A stretch of DNA of 63,474 nucleotides from Congzhengia sp. (GTDB taxonomy: Bacteria; Bacillota; Clostridia; UBA1381; UBA9506), in the NCBI GenBank assembly GCA_045534535.1, contig JAZSJX010000024.1, forward strand, positions 1 to 63,474. Direction: 5' to 3'. The stretch's first letter is position 1. Each line of letters opens with the position of its first letter. The position numbers were made by a program, and so were the translations under genes. The notes below the pieces were generated by a model. The model saw only the letters and a program-made list of their open reading frames with translations. It ran no database searches and was not told the DNA's origin. Positions 47,203-57,238 of the stretch are shown in pieces.

Positions 47203-47752
47203 TTCAATTTTAGAAAGTCTTTTGTTTGTTTCAGGCGACGGAATAACGATTTCTCAGCTTTCAGAGGTTTTAGAAATCTCAGAAAAAGAGGTTGTTACGG
47301 AAATTGAAAATTTAAAGGATTACTATAACGCAAACGGACGCGGGCTTACAGTTGTTATGTATGACGATTACGCTCAGCTTAAAACTGTTTCTGAAAACTT
47401 TGATTTTGTAAATAAGCTTTCTGAGTCAAAAAGAAAACTTCCATTGTCCCCTGCGGCTTTAGAAACCCTTTCTATAGTCGCTTACCATCAACCCGTTACA
47501 CGCTCAAGTATTGAGTTTATAAGAGGTGTTAACTGCGATGGACCTATGGGAAAGCTGTTAGAACGCGGCTTAATTGAAGAACACGGCAGACTCGACGCTC
47601 CGGGAAGACCGATTTTATATGTTACAACCAAGGAATTTTTAAGAAGCTTTGGTCTTTCATCGTTAGAGGATTTGCCCGAGGCAGATATTTTAGATGAGGG
47701 CGTAACGCAAATCGAGATTGAAGATTCTTCTAATGGGGCTACACAAGAATAA
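47192..47752 (+). CDS. scpB: Segregation/condensation protein B
   Basis: ESLLFVSG, ALETLSIVAYHQPVTR, IRGV, PGRPILY.TT..FL..FGL. Confidence 0.97.
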   Translation: MSISSILESLLFVSGDGITISQLSEVLEISEKEVVTEIENLKDYYNANGRGLTVVMYDDYAQLKTVSENFDFVNKLSESKRKLPLSPAALETLSIVAYHQPVTRSSIEFIRGVNCDGPMGKLLERGLIEEHGRLDAPGRPILYVTTKEFLRSFGLSSLEDLPEADILDEGVTQIEIEDSSNGATQE

Positions 47753-47769
47753 ATTAAGCAGGTGATGGC

Positions 47770-48378
47770 ATGATTGCTGTTTACATTTTGTTGGGCTTGT
47801 TAATTTTAGTTGGTGCACTTTTAATTTGTCCTATGCAGTTTGGCGTGCACTATAAAAAAACTACTTCTTTTGAAAAATTTTATGTGTATGTGAGTTTTTT
47901 TGGAATTTTATTCAGAATTCCGATAAATACTAAAGCGGAAGGAAGAAAAAAAACAAAGAACAAAATAAAGGAAGGAAAGAGGGAATTTTCACTCGAAACC
48001 TTTAAAAAAAGCATTGATAATTTAGGCGAGGTTGTAAAGACAAGCAAGAACGAGCTTTTAGATATGCTCCGCTTTGTAAGAGAGCATTTAAAATGCAAGG
48101 TTTTTAATTTTGAAATAGCCTTTGGTACGGGCGATGCCGCTAAAACAGGCATTTCTACAGGCATTGTGTGGACCTCAGGAACTTTTCTTTTAAAAATTAT
48201 TGATTCTTTAATCGGTATAAAAGACATTAAAATGAATGTCTATCCCGATTTTACACAGAAAAAATTTGAAATTTATTTAAAAACTATCTTGATAATGTCG
48301 CCAATTCACTTTATAATAGTAGTAAAGAGAGTTAAAAAATCTATTTCGTTTATAAAAACAAAATTTAAAAATATATAA
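47770..48378 (+). CDS. YtfI/DUF2953 family membrane protein
   Basis: N-terminal TM helix, FGTGDAAKTG motif, PDF; precedes ytfJ. Confidence 0.75.
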   Translation: MIAVYILLGLLILVGALLICPMQFGVHYKKTTSFEKFYVYVSFFGILFRIPINTKAEGRKKTKNKIKEGKREFSLETFKKSIDNLGEVVKTSKNELLDMLRFVREHLKCKVFNFEIAFGTGDAAKTGISTGIVWTSGTFLLKIIDSLIGIKDIKMNVYPDFTQKKFEIYLKTILIMSPIHFIIVVKRVKKSISFIKTKFKNI

Positions 48379-48392
48379 AGGCGGTGCTAATT

Positions 48393-48830
48393 ATGTCAGA
48401 ACATCCAATTAACGGTTTAATGGAAACAGCAATGCAGAGTATTAAGGATATGGTAGATGTAAACACAATTATCGGCGAGCCCGTAGAATCAAAAGACGGA
48501 ACAATTATTGTTCCTATTTCAAAGGTTTCATTCGGATTTGGTGCAGGCGGCTCTGATTTTGGCCAGAAAGGCATTGGCGCAAGCGATTCAAACTTCGGCG
48601 GTGGTTCAGGTGGCGGTGCATCAATCGAGCCTGTGGCTTTTATGGTTGTTGGCAAAGAACAGATTAAGCTTATGCCTATTGAAAAAAATTCAAGCCCGGT
48701 TGAAGAAATTATTGAAAGCGTTCCTACACTGCTTGACAAGGTTGTCAAAGTTTTTAAAAAGAAAAAGGACAACCCCGAGTGTGATTGTGTAAAAGATGCG
48801 GACGCCGTGAAAGACGCACAAACAGTATAA
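48393..48830 (+). CDS. ytfJ: GerW/YtfJ sporulation protein
   Basis: HPINGLM..AM..IKDMVDVNTIIGEP, PISKVSFGFGAGG, FGGGSGGG. Confidence 0.93.
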   Translation: MSEHPINGLMETAMQSIKDMVDVNTIIGEPVESKDGTIIVPISKVSFGFGAGGSDFGQKGIGASDSNFGGGSGGGASIEPVAFMVVGKEQIKLMPIEKNSSPVEEIIESVPTLLDKVVKVFKKKKDNPECDCVKDADAVKDAQTV

Positions 48831-48851
48831 AAAATTTGTAAATTAAAAACA

Positions 48852-48883
48852 AGGCTGTAGTAAAATGCTATAGCCTGTTTTTT
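48852..48883 (+). terminator. Terminator (CTGTAGCA family variant)
   Basis: AGGCTGTAGTA-AAA-TGCTATAGCCT followed by GTTTTTT. Confidence 0.75.
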
Positions 48884-48936
48884 ACATTAGTTTTACGCAT
48901 AAAATACTAATATTTTCTAAAAAATCATTTTCTCTA

Positions 48937-48965
48937 TTGACAAACTATGTATTTAATAGTATAAT
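48937..48965 (+). promoter_or_regulatory. Consensus sigma-A promoter of the aminotransferase operon
   Basis: TTGACA-17 bp-TATAAT. Confidence 0.8.
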
Positions 48966-49054
48966 GTATACGAAAGTAAAAACAACATATATCGAAAGCA
49001 AATGAATGTGTGTTTTTTAAATTTCTAAATATAATATAAGGAGAGGATTTTATT

Positions 49055-50425
49055 ATGAGTTCAAACTGGGCAAAAATGGACCTTTCTACAGTTCCTAATA
49101 TGGTAACTGCTCAAGTTCCCGGTCCAAAATCAATTGAGTATCATGAAAGATGCGCAAAGTACATGAAGGGCTATTCAAGCCAGGTAAAGCTATTCCCTGT
49201 AACATTTGAATCAGGTTACGGCTACACATTAAAGGATGTTGACGGCAATACATACTTAGACTTTTCTTCAGGTATCTATGTAACAGGTTTAGGTCATTGC
49301 CATCCAAAAATTAGCGAAGCAGTAGCTAAGCACGCTAAAAACCTTATGAACTGCCATGACTTTACAACAAAAGTAAAGATGGAATTAGTTGAAAAAATGC
49401 ATGAAATCACAGGCGGCAGATTCGCTGGCTTCCAGTTCTATGATTCTGGTACAACAGCAGTTGAAGCAGGTATTCGTTGTGCTCGTGCAGCTACAGGTAA
49501 ACAGGAATTCATTTCTTTCTGGAGAGATTTCCACGGTAAGACATACGGTGCTAACTCTTTAGCAGTTGTAGGTCCTGACACTCACATGAGAGCTCCAGGC
49601 TTCATGCTTGCTCCAAGACCAAACCCATATCGTGATTTCTTTGGCAGAACACCTGAGGAAGCATGGAAAGATTCATCTCCATACATAAAAATGATTGAAG
49701 GTATGTTAGATAATCAGTGTGCATCAGGCGGTAAGAATGTTGCAGCCATCGTATTAGAGCCTATTCAGGGCTGGGGTGGTTCAATCGTTCCTCCTCCAGA
49801 CTTCATTCCTGCACTTCGTGAATTATGTAACAAACGCGATATTCTTTTATTTGCTGACGAAGTTCTTAACTGTATGGCAAGAACAGGTAAGTATCTTGCT
49901 ATGGACCACTGGGATGTTACAGCTGACATCACAACACTTGGTAAGGGCTTTGGTAACGGCTTCCCTGTTACAGCATTGGCTGTATCTGAGAAGTTGGCTC
50001 CTGCAATTGAAAAGATTTCTGCATCATCAAGTTACGGCGGTAACCCAATGGCTTGTGCTGCAGCATTAGAATCAATTAAGGTAATTGAAGAAGAAAATCT
50101 TAACGAGCGTGCAACACACCTTGGCGAAATTATGTTAGCTAAGATGGAAGAAATGAAAGCTGCTCATCCAATCATCGGTGATGTTCGTGCTATCGGTTGC
50201 TTACAGGCAATTGAAATCGTTAAAGATAAGAATACAAAAGAAGCATTCCCAGAAGCTGGTACAATGATTTACCAGAAAGCATTCGAAAAGGGCTTGGCTT
50301 GGGTACCATCAGGTCATATCCTTCGTATGTCTCCTCCAATGATATTAGACGACGAGGCAGCTTTAAAGGGTCTTGCAATAATCGAAGAAGCAGTATACGA
50401 AACAGAGAAACACTTTGGATATTAA
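49055..50425 (+). CDS. Class III PLP-dependent aminotransferase, substrate unknown
   Basis: DVDGNTYLDF, GLGHCHP, FHGKTYG, LEPIQG, ADEV, PLP lysine in DITTLGKGFGNG, SYGGNPMAC. Confidence 0.92.
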   Translation: MSSNWAKMDLSTVPNMVTAQVPGPKSIEYHERCAKYMKGYSSQVKLFPVTFESGYGYTLKDVDGNTYLDFSSGIYVTGLGHCHPKISEAVAKHAKNLMNCHDFTTKVKMELVEKMHEITGGRFAGFQFYDSGTTAVEAGIRCARAATGKQEFISFWRDFHGKTYGANSLAVVGPDTHMRAPGFMLAPRPNPYRDFFGRTPEEAWKDSSPYIKMIEGMLDNQCASGGKNVAAIVLEPIQGWGGSIVPPPDFIPALRELCNKRDILLFADEVLNCMARTGKYLAMDHWDVTADITTLGKGFGNGFPVTALAVSEKLAPAIEKISASSSYGGNPMACAAALESIKVIEEENLNERATHLGEIMLAKMEEMKAAHPIIGDVRAIGCLQAIEIVKDKNTKEAFPEAGTMIYQKAFEKGLAWVPSGHILRMSPPMILDDEAALKGLAIIEEAVYETEKHFGY

Positions 50426-50432
50426 AAAATGC

Positions 50433-50459
50433 AAGGGCTGTTGTAATGCAACAGCCCTT
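50433..50459. other. Intra-operon hairpin (related to the CTGTAGCA family, no U-tract)
   Basis: AAGGGCTGTTGT-AAT-GCAACAGCCCTT. Confidence 0.6.
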
Positions 50460-50486
50460 AACTTAAGTTAAGAAAGGAAAATAGAT

Positions 50487-51620
50487 ATGAAAACAGTAAG
50501 ATTCGGTCTTATCGGTTGCGGCCTTATGGCAAGAGAATTCGCATCAGCTGCAGCTCGTTGGTGTCATTTAACAGATGATATTCCAAAGCCTGAAATAGTA
50601 GGCATTTGCTCTGTTGTTCCAAAGGAAATGGAATGGTTCCAGAAGAACTTCCCTGAAATTAAGTATTCAGTTTCAGACTATAAAGAGCTTTTAGATAAAG
50701 AGGATATCGATGCAATCTACTGTGCAGTTCCACATAATCTGCACGAACAGTTCTATATTGATATTATCAACAGCGGAAAAGCGTTACTTGGTGAAAAGCC
50801 ATTTGGTATAGATAAAGCTGCTAATGAAAATATCATGAAAGCAATCAAAGCAAATCCCAACACCTTCGTTCGTTGCTGCAGTGAGTTCCCATACTACCCT
50901 GCTATGCAGACAATGATTAACTGGTACAACGAGGGTAAATTTGGTAAGGTTTTAGAAATCCACTGCGGTTTTAACCATTGCAGTGATATGGATGTAAATA
51001 AGCCTATCAACTGGAAGCGTATGGTTAAATTTAACGGAGAGTATGGTTGCTTAGGCGACTTAGGTATTCACACACAGCATGTTCCGTTCCGTCTTGGTTT
51101 TAAACCAAAGACAGTTAGAGCTCACTTTAGTAACATAATCAAAGAGCGTCCTGACGGAAAGGGCGGAATGGCAGTTTGTGATACATTTGATAACTGCACA
51201 ATTTTCTGTACAACATTAAACAAAGATGGCGACGAAATTCCAATGACATTGGAAACAAAGCGTATGGCACCAGGTTCTACAAATCGTTGGTTCTTTGAAA
51301 TTTACGGTACAGAATGCAGCGCCAAATTCACATCAGATGATGCTAACGCATTCCACTACACATCATCATGGGGCAAAGAGCAGTCCTGGAACAGAATCAT
51401 TATCGGCTACAAGCCAATGCTTCCAACAATAACAGGTCCAATCTTTGAGTTTGGTTTTACCGATGCTATTCAGCAGCAGATAGCTGCATTTATGTTAGAA
51501 TATTCCGGAGTGAAAGTTCCTTTTGGTCTGTTTACTCCTGAAGAAACAGTGCTTTCACACACATTAGCAACCGCAGCACTAAAATCTTTCTACAATAAAA
51601 CAGTTGAAGTAATTGACTAA
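50487..51620 (+). CDS. Gfo/Idh/MocA family NAD(P)-dependent oxidoreductase
   Basis: FGLIGCGLMA Rossmann motif, DAIYCAVPHNLH, GEKP, GDLGIH. Confidence 0.92.
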   Translation: MKTVRFGLIGCGLMAREFASAAARWCHLTDDIPKPEIVGICSVVPKEMEWFQKNFPEIKYSVSDYKELLDKEDIDAIYCAVPHNLHEQFYIDIINSGKALLGEKPFGIDKAANENIMKAIKANPNTFVRCCSEFPYYPAMQTMINWYNEGKFGKVLEIHCGFNHCSDMDVNKPINWKRMVKFNGEYGCLGDLGIHTQHVPFRLGFKPKTVRAHFSNIIKERPDGKGGMAVCDTFDNCTIFCTTLNKDGDEIPMTLETKRMAPGSTNRWFFEIYGTECSAKFTSDDANAFHYTSSWGKEQSWNRIIIGYKPMLPTITGPIFEFGFTDAIQQQIAAFMLEYSGVKVPFGLFTPEETVLSHTLATAALKSFYNKTVEVID

Positions 51621-51626
51621 TTACAT

Positions 51627-51665
51627 AAAAAACGGCTGTAGCAAAATTGCTACAGCCATTTTTTT
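51627..51665. terminator. Bidirectional terminator (CTGTAGCA family)
   Basis: GGCTGTAGCAA-AA-TTGCTACAGCC with A and T tails, between convergent genes. Confidence 0.85.
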
Positions 51666-51744
51666 ATTGTTTAAAGTTTAAGGTTTTTGTTGTTACCTTT
51701 TTGTCTGATTGTATTCCGCTTTCAAAAAAGGATATAAGCCTTAA

Positions 51745-53274
51745 TTAACGCTCAAATAATTCATTTATGTTCTTTAATGTTTCACGAACAAGCAAGTCTC
51801 CACCTTCATGACCCACACAGCCACTTGCGATAAATGCACTATAATGACCACCTTTTTCAGCTTTTTCTGTTGGTAAATAGCCCTCACAGCCATTAGCTAA
51901 CTGAATTAAGAATGTCTGTTCTGCATTACTTCTTGCTTTAATCTGGTTTCCGTAATCTAAGAAAAGCTCAAACGGATTTGTTGCAATGGCAATGCTACCA
52001 AGCTTGATAATGTGTATTTCTAACGGAATAACATTAAAATCTTCCTGGACTTCCATTCGGCGCAATACACCTAAATGTATCTGAAGATTTGCCACATCAT
52101 TATAGTCAACATCACCCGGTTTATTCTGCAAATACTCACGAATTGCCTTCTTTGCTGCAATTTCTTCAGCAAGGGTTGCACGGCGTAACGGAAGCTTTAC
52201 CTCCTCTACTCTATGTACCAATTCGATATCGCTCTGTGCTTCGTCTAAACCTTCATTGTAAACTTCAATAATTTCGTTAGCGATTCTTTTTCCTGCCTTT
52301 TTCATGCCGGCAATGTCAAACATTGATGGATCCGCTTTTCTCTTCGGAGGATTATTACGCTTAATGTTAGGGTCATTCAGATCACTTTCAGGCTCTACCC
52401 AACGCACAAGGTCAACCGGACACTGGTCGCCTGCCGCACTACACAACGGCAACAAGAAAATATTTTCTCCAAAATGCTTTCTCAACAGCATCTTAACCTC
52501 TCCCCAGAAATCAGGAGAAACGAAGAGTCTGTGCTGTACACACTGTGCAGGACAAGCAAGATTTGCTACAACACCTGTAAGCTTATTATCATCATCAAAA
52601 ACATATAAAAGCTCAATACCTGAGTCATTTCCGCCTTCAAGATGTGTAAACACAGCACGATTAGCATCTCCCCACATCTGTGCTGTTCCGTCGCTATATG
52701 AAGCACGACGACACATGCCTACTGCAGCACGGCCAAAAGCATTTGAGAATGAGCCTGCTTTTCTTGTTTCCCAAGCTTCAACTATCGCAGCGGTAGCTTC
52801 CCTTACAATAATTTCTAAAAGCTCATCACCGTTCATAATATTTTTATTTCCTGAAATATTAACTTTCTCTACATATTTTCTACCTTCAGGAAGTTCTGCT
52901 TCTAAAAGTGCTCTATTGCTTAGCACTGCTCTATTGCTTGACTGATATATATTATTAATACGGGTTTGTCCACAATATTTATATCCAGGTCCTGTATGTG
53001 TGTGGATTGCACTTATTACAATCTTATCTACATCAATTTCTTTGTTTGCTGCTGCCACACTTTTACGGATTTCTTTTAATAGTGCATACGATGTGCTTAC
53101 CAAATCAAAAGCACATAATATCATGCTATCCCCATCAGACTCAACTGCAAATGCGGTAACCGTAAGAGGTTTTTCAACATACTGTGAAATACGCTCTGCA
53201 AACTGTCCTTGCAAGGATACAGGTTTTTCGAAGCTAAGCTCTTTTTCAGACCAACCAATTTTAATTTTACTCAT
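51745..53274 (-). CDS. Neutral/alkaline ceramidase-like metallo-hydrolase, function unknown
   Basis: SAIHTHTGP, SAAGDQCP, PFELF, GYLPT motifs; no signal peptide. Confidence 0.6.
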   Translation of the reverse strand: MSKIKIGWSEKELSFEKPVSLQGQFAERISQYVEKPLTVTAFAVESDGDSMILCAFDLVSTSYALLKEIRKSVAAANKEIDVDKIVISAIHTHTGPGYKYCGQTRINNIYQSSNRAVLSNRALLEAELPEGRKYVEKVNISGNKNIMNGDELLEIIVREATAAIVEAWETRKAGSFSNAFGRAAVGMCRRASYSDGTAQMWGDANRAVFTHLEGGNDSGIELLYVFDDDNKLTGVVANLACPAQCVQHRLFVSPDFWGEVKMLLRKHFGENIFLLPLCSAAGDQCPVDLVRWVEPESDLNDPNIKRNNPPKRKADPSMFDIAGMKKAGKRIANEIIEVYNEGLDEAQSDIELVHRVEEVKLPLRRATLAEEIAAKKAIREYLQNKPGDVDYNDVANLQIHLGVLRRMEVQEDFNVIPLEIHIIKLGSIAIATNPFELFLDYGNQIKARSNAEQTFLIQLANGCEGYLPTEKAEKGGHYSAFIASGCVGHEGGDLLVRETLKNINELFER

Positions 53275-53440
53275 TATTTTTCCTCCCATATTACTTTTAT
53301 ATTCTTCTATTTCAATTTTTGAATCCTGCAATAAATATTGACTTTTTTTAATATGTGTATTACAATTATATAAAACAATATTATCATTTTCTACACATTT
53401 ATTGACTAATTATGAAACTATATTGCAAAAAGGTGATTTT

Positions 53441-54295
53441 ATGCAAAAGGAAAATATAATTTTTAATACACCCACCCTGCCACTTAATATCAAAAGGCTC
53501 AAAATGGATAAAGACACTTATTATCGCGATTTACATTTTCATAGTGCAATTGAGCTTGTTTATGTAAACAAAGGCGAGGTTATATGTCATATCGGCGACG
53601 AAAAAAATTCTCTTTCAGCGGGCGATATAATTTTAATAAACAAGGGAATTGTGCATAAACTCACTACTCTCGAACTTGCCAATATCACATATATTCATAT
53701 AAATATCGATGAATTTTTAGAAAATTCGCTTCCTTACACCGAAAAATATATATATAGTTTCATTAAAAGCACCGCCTCAAAGGAATATTATGTGTCAAAA
53801 AGCAAGGGAGAGCTTTTAAAAGTTTATAACGAAATCATAAGTGAATCAAGCCAAAAAAATGCAGGCTACGAGATGTACTTAAAATCATATATCTCACTGC
53901 TTGTAGGTTTTATGTACAGAAACAAACTCCTGACAGACTTTGCAGCGTCGTACAACATCAAAAAAATATATGCCATTATGCCGTCTGTCAGATATATAAA
54001 CGATTTTTTTTCGCAAAAACTTTCTCTTTCTGAAATTGCTAAAAAAAGCAACAAGGACAAATTCGCCTTTTGCAGACTTTTTAAGAGTGCGACAGGCTCT
54101 ACAGTCTTTGAATATATAAACTTTGTGAGAATACATATCGCCAAAGAGCAGCTTTTAGAAACAGAAAAATCTATAAGTGAAATTGCCTTTGACTGTGGCT
54201 TTGCATCACTTCAGTATTTCAATCGCACCTTTAAACGCTATTGCGGGTGTACACCAAAAAAATACAGAGAGCAATATTGTAAATATATAGTATAA
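53441..54295 (+). CDS. AraC family transcriptional regulator (cupin + HTH)
   Basis: LHFHSAIELVYV cupin; FCRLFK..TG, IAFDCGF.S..YFNRTFK..G.TP.KYR. Confidence 0.94.
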   Translation: MQKENIIFNTPTLPLNIKRLKMDKDTYYRDLHFHSAIELVYVNKGEVICHIGDEKNSLSAGDIILINKGIVHKLTTLELANITYIHINIDEFLENSLPYTEKYIYSFIKSTASKEYYVSKSKGELLKVYNEIISESSQKNAGYEMYLKSYISLLVGFMYRNKLLTDFAASYNIKKIYAIMPSVRYINDFFSQKLSLSEIAKKSNKDKFAFCRLFKSATGSTVFEYINFVRIHIAKEQLLETEKSISEIAFDCGFASLQYFNRTFKRYCGCTPKKYREQYCKYIV

Positions 54296-54329
54296 AACGG
54301 TTATGGAAAAATTCCACAACCGTTTTATA
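54291..54329. terminator. Bidirectional terminator between AraC and the isomerase
   Basis: TATAAAACGGTT.TGGAA-AAA-TTCCA.AACCGTTTTATA. Confidence 0.75.
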
Positions 54330-54335
54330 ATTTTA

Positions 54336-55682
54336 TTATAAAATTTCAATTCCCAATATCTTACAAAGGTCGGTTATTGCACCTGTGTTATCGCCATAGG
54401 AAATAATATAATGCTGACACATTACATTTTCTGCAAATGCAGGTACATCATCAAGCTCTATTTCAAGACCAGGCAACTGAGGTGCAGGCTGTGTCCAGCC
54501 GGCTTCTTCGCATTTCTGAGGTGTTTTGCCATTACCTTTCACCATGTGCATATAATATTTTCCATCAATTGTTGTGAGTCTGCACATTGTAAGCTCGCCT
54601 GTTTTTACCTTACTTACATTTAATATACCTTCTGAAAGTTCACCAAATGCCGCAGGAATAACCTTAATATCTCCGTCTATGATTTCTGCAGGAACATAGT
54701 CAGGAACACCTGCTAAAACGCTGCCTGAGAAGAATTCATAAAACTCTAAATATGCAGCACACTGACCTGTAACGGCTTTAACCATCAACTGTGTAACATT
54801 TCCTAAACAGTCATTTTCAGGAATTGTGCAAAGGTTTTCTTCGTTAGCTAAAAGCATAAAAATTGGTGCAGGCGGGAAACCTAAAAGCTTTTTCATACCA
54901 TCAACATCTTTTAGAGAAATTGCTTCATAGCCACGCTCGTCGCAAAGCTCTTTAATTGCAAGATAGTATCCTGCTGCCTTTTCTAAACCTTCCCTTTTTG
55001 CTTCTTTTAAGAAGGTCCATTTTGAAATGCAGTTGTCAATAACTGCCTGTTTCTGAGCATCTGTAATTTTTTGATATCTTTGTTCAATTTCGAGCATCTC
55101 AAAGGTTTCAATCTCAGGTCCTACTACTCTCTTTAGCGACGGACCATCGTGTTGTGTGCCGTAAAGGTTCATATCACGATATCCTGCATGGCCAATCTTC
55201 ACATGGCGAAGTTTTTTCGCCGCTGTTGCTGCCACGCCATACTGTGCCACCTTCTTAACATTTGAAGGAAGACCTATAATATCATACACATACTTAAATG
55301 TATATCCTAAATCATAAAATGTCTTTCTGATTGCTGTTGTACCTGCCTGGTCAGCTGTTGTTACGATTCTGCCGTCTTCAATCCAGCCACAAAGACCCCA
55401 TAAAACCATGGGCTTATCACGGAAATGCTCTGTTACCTTAACAACCGCGTGTGTTGGAATCCAACCTGCAATACAAACTACCAAATAGTCAAAATCCTGT
55501 GCTTTTAATGCTTCAATTGCACTGTTTACATCCTTTTCCTCGTAATCATCAGTTACAGGGAAAACGCCGAACGCATCTACTCCCTCGTTTTTTAATGCTT
55601 CAAAAGCATCTGAACATTTTTTTACAATCAATTCTTTTGGTGTGTTAACCTCACCAAATCCTACAAAAGCCGCTTTTGCCAT
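54336..55682 (-). CDS. L-fucose/L-arabinose isomerase superfamily protein
   Basis: FucI-like layout, E-x-D metal ligands (PENDCLG), GELTMCRL, C-terminal QHYIISYG. Confidence 0.75.
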   Translation of the reverse strand: MAKAAFVGFGEVNTPKELIVKKCSDAFEALKNEGVDAFGVFPVTDDYEEKDVNSAIEALKAQDFDYLVVCIAGWIPTHAVVKVTEHFRDKPMVLWGLCGWIEDGRIVTTADQAGTTAIRKTFYDLGYTFKYVYDIIGLPSNVKKVAQYGVAATAAKKLRHVKIGHAGYRDMNLYGTQHDGPSLKRVVGPEIETFEMLEIEQRYQKITDAQKQAVIDNCISKWTFLKEAKREGLEKAAGYYLAIKELCDERGYEAISLKDVDGMKKLLGFPPAPIFMLLANEENLCTIPENDCLGNVTQLMVKAVTGQCAAYLEFYEFFSGSVLAGVPDYVPAEIIDGDIKVIPAAFGELSEGILNVSKVKTGELTMCRLTTIDGKYYMHMVKGNGKTPQKCEEAGWTQPAPQLPGLEIELDDVPAFAENVMCQHYIISYGDNTGAITDLCKILGIEIL

Positions 55683-55701
55683 TTTTTTCATCTCCTTAAA
55701 T

Positions 55702-57099
55702 TTATTCCCTGACATTTAATATATCGTCTGCTTTTTTATAATTACCATAGGCTTTAGAATAATCTACGCCTTTTGGTACATAAGAATCTTTAATTTCAAT
55801 CATATCGGCTACGCTTTCAACCGATTCAAAAACGCCGGCACCTACACCTGCTAAAATAGCACCGCCTAAGCACGCAGTTTCTTTGTTTTTAAGTGTGTAC
55901 AGTGTTTTTCCTGTCATATCCGCTTTCATCTGACACCATAATGGACTGTTTGCACCGCCGCCCATTGCACGAATTTCCTTGATATCAGGATTCAGATAGT
56001 CAAGATTTTCTTTTAAGATGCAGGAAATTGCTTCCATAATACTTCTTACAAAATGTCCTCTTGTGTGCTCAGGAGTAAGTCCTGTGAAACTTCCCCTTGC
56101 AGCCGGGTTGTATTTTGGCATTGTAGAGCCGCAAAGGTATGGCAGGAATGTTAAACCATCACAACCTGGAGCAATTTTTTCTGCTAAATCGTCTAAATCT
56201 CTAAACGAAAAGTCCTCACAAAGAGCATTTTTGAACCATTTAAGTGCCATACCTGCCGTTGATGACCAAGTGAGCAAGCAATACTTGCCATCATAGTTAT
56301 AGTGGCACGGAATGATGCTGTTTTCGTCATATTCAGGAACAGTATCTGTGGGGTTAAATATAACCATAGTTGTTCCTGTCATTTCGCTTATAATTCCTTC
56401 TTTAACAACACCTGCACCAATAGCACCTGATACCTGATCCATAGCACCTGTTACGATTTTTATGCCATTGTAATCACCAACATATTTTCCGCTATCTAAA
56501 AGCTCTGGCAACATTTCATCACTGACACCGATAAAGTCAAGCATTTCTTTCCACCAGGTTGCTTTATTTATGTCAAAGTAAATAGTGGATGATTGGAGTG
56601 TTTTTTCGGTAACGAATTTGCCTGTTAATTTATAAAGCAAATAGTCTTCCAATAAAAATACTTTTTTGGTTTTTGCCCAGATTTCAGGCTCATTATTTTT
56701 AACCCACATAAGCTTGCATGCAGGCCAGGTGGCTGTGATTTCAGGTTGACCCGTTACTTCGTAAACACGCTTTCTGCCAAAATGTTTTTCAATTTCATCT
56801 GCTTCTTTCGTTGCACGATTGTCAAGCCAGACTATTGCCTTTCTGACAGGATTTCCTGCATCATCTGTTAAGATGAGTGTTTCGCACTGCGTGTCAATTG
56901 CCAAAGCACCGACCTCTACATCTAAATTAGCAAGTTCGGTTTTAACAATTTCCCAATATTTTTCAGCTTCAAATTCTACTATATCATCATGAGCCTCAAT
57001 CACATAATCTACATTTGACGAGGCAAGTTCTTCAAGCTTTTCATTAAATACCGCCATCTTTACCGATGTTGTTCCAACATCTATTCCCATTAAATTCAT
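55702..57099 (-). CDS. FGGY family carbohydrate kinase (xylulokinase-like)
   Basis: GIDVGTTSVK, AIVWLDNR, GAMDQ, FLPYLCG, MGGGANS.LW.QMKAD. Confidence 0.93.
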   Translation of the reverse strand: MNLMGIDVGTTSVKMAVFNEKLEELASSNVDYVIEAHDDIVEFEAEKYWEIVKTELANLDVEVGALAIDTQCETLILTDDAGNPVRKAIVWLDNRATKEADEIEKHFGRKRVYEVTGQPEITATWPACKLMWVKNNEPEIWAKTKKVFLLEDYLLYKLTGKFVTEKTLQSSTIYFDINKATWWKEMLDFIGVSDEMLPELLDSGKYVGDYNGIKIVTGAMDQVSGAIGAGVVKEGIISEMTGTTMVIFNPTDTVPEYDENSIIPCHYNYDGKYCLLTWSSTAGMALKWFKNALCEDFSFRDLDDLAEKIAPGCDGLTFLPYLCGSTMPKYNPAARGSFTGLTPEHTRGHFVRSIMEAISCILKENLDYLNPDIKEIRAMGGGANSPLWCQMKADMTGKTLYTLKNKETACLGGAILAGVGAGVFESVESVADMIEIKDSYVPKGVDYSKAYGNYKKADDILNVRE

Positions 57100-57193
57100 A
57101 TCATTTTAGAACTGAATCACAAAATCCAGCTTTCTCCTTTGCTTGTTTTATGCGATGTTTTGTTTGCTTTTCTTTCTTCTTTCGATGTCTTTA

Positions 57194-57222
57194 ATTATAG
57201 CACAACATACAAACATTGTCAA
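57194..57222 (-). promoter_or_regulatory. Consensus sigma-A promoter of the kinase-isomerase operon
   Basis: TTGACA-17 bp-TATAAT with TG extension. Confidence 0.8.
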
Positions 57223-57238
57223 TGTGCCTAAACAAAAA

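Noticed and set aside
49055-50425. Calling the aminotransferase gabT or argD
   Set aside because: Family motifs do not fix the substrate, and the context is sugar catabolism rather than GABA or arginine metabolism.
52304-52945. 213-aa plus-strand ORF
   Set aside because: Antisense shadow of the ceramidase-like gene.
54336-57099. Calling the pair fucI/fucK, araA/araB or xylB
   Set aside because: The isomerase is shorter and divergent, and no aldolase or epimerase is present; only superfamily-level calls are supportable.
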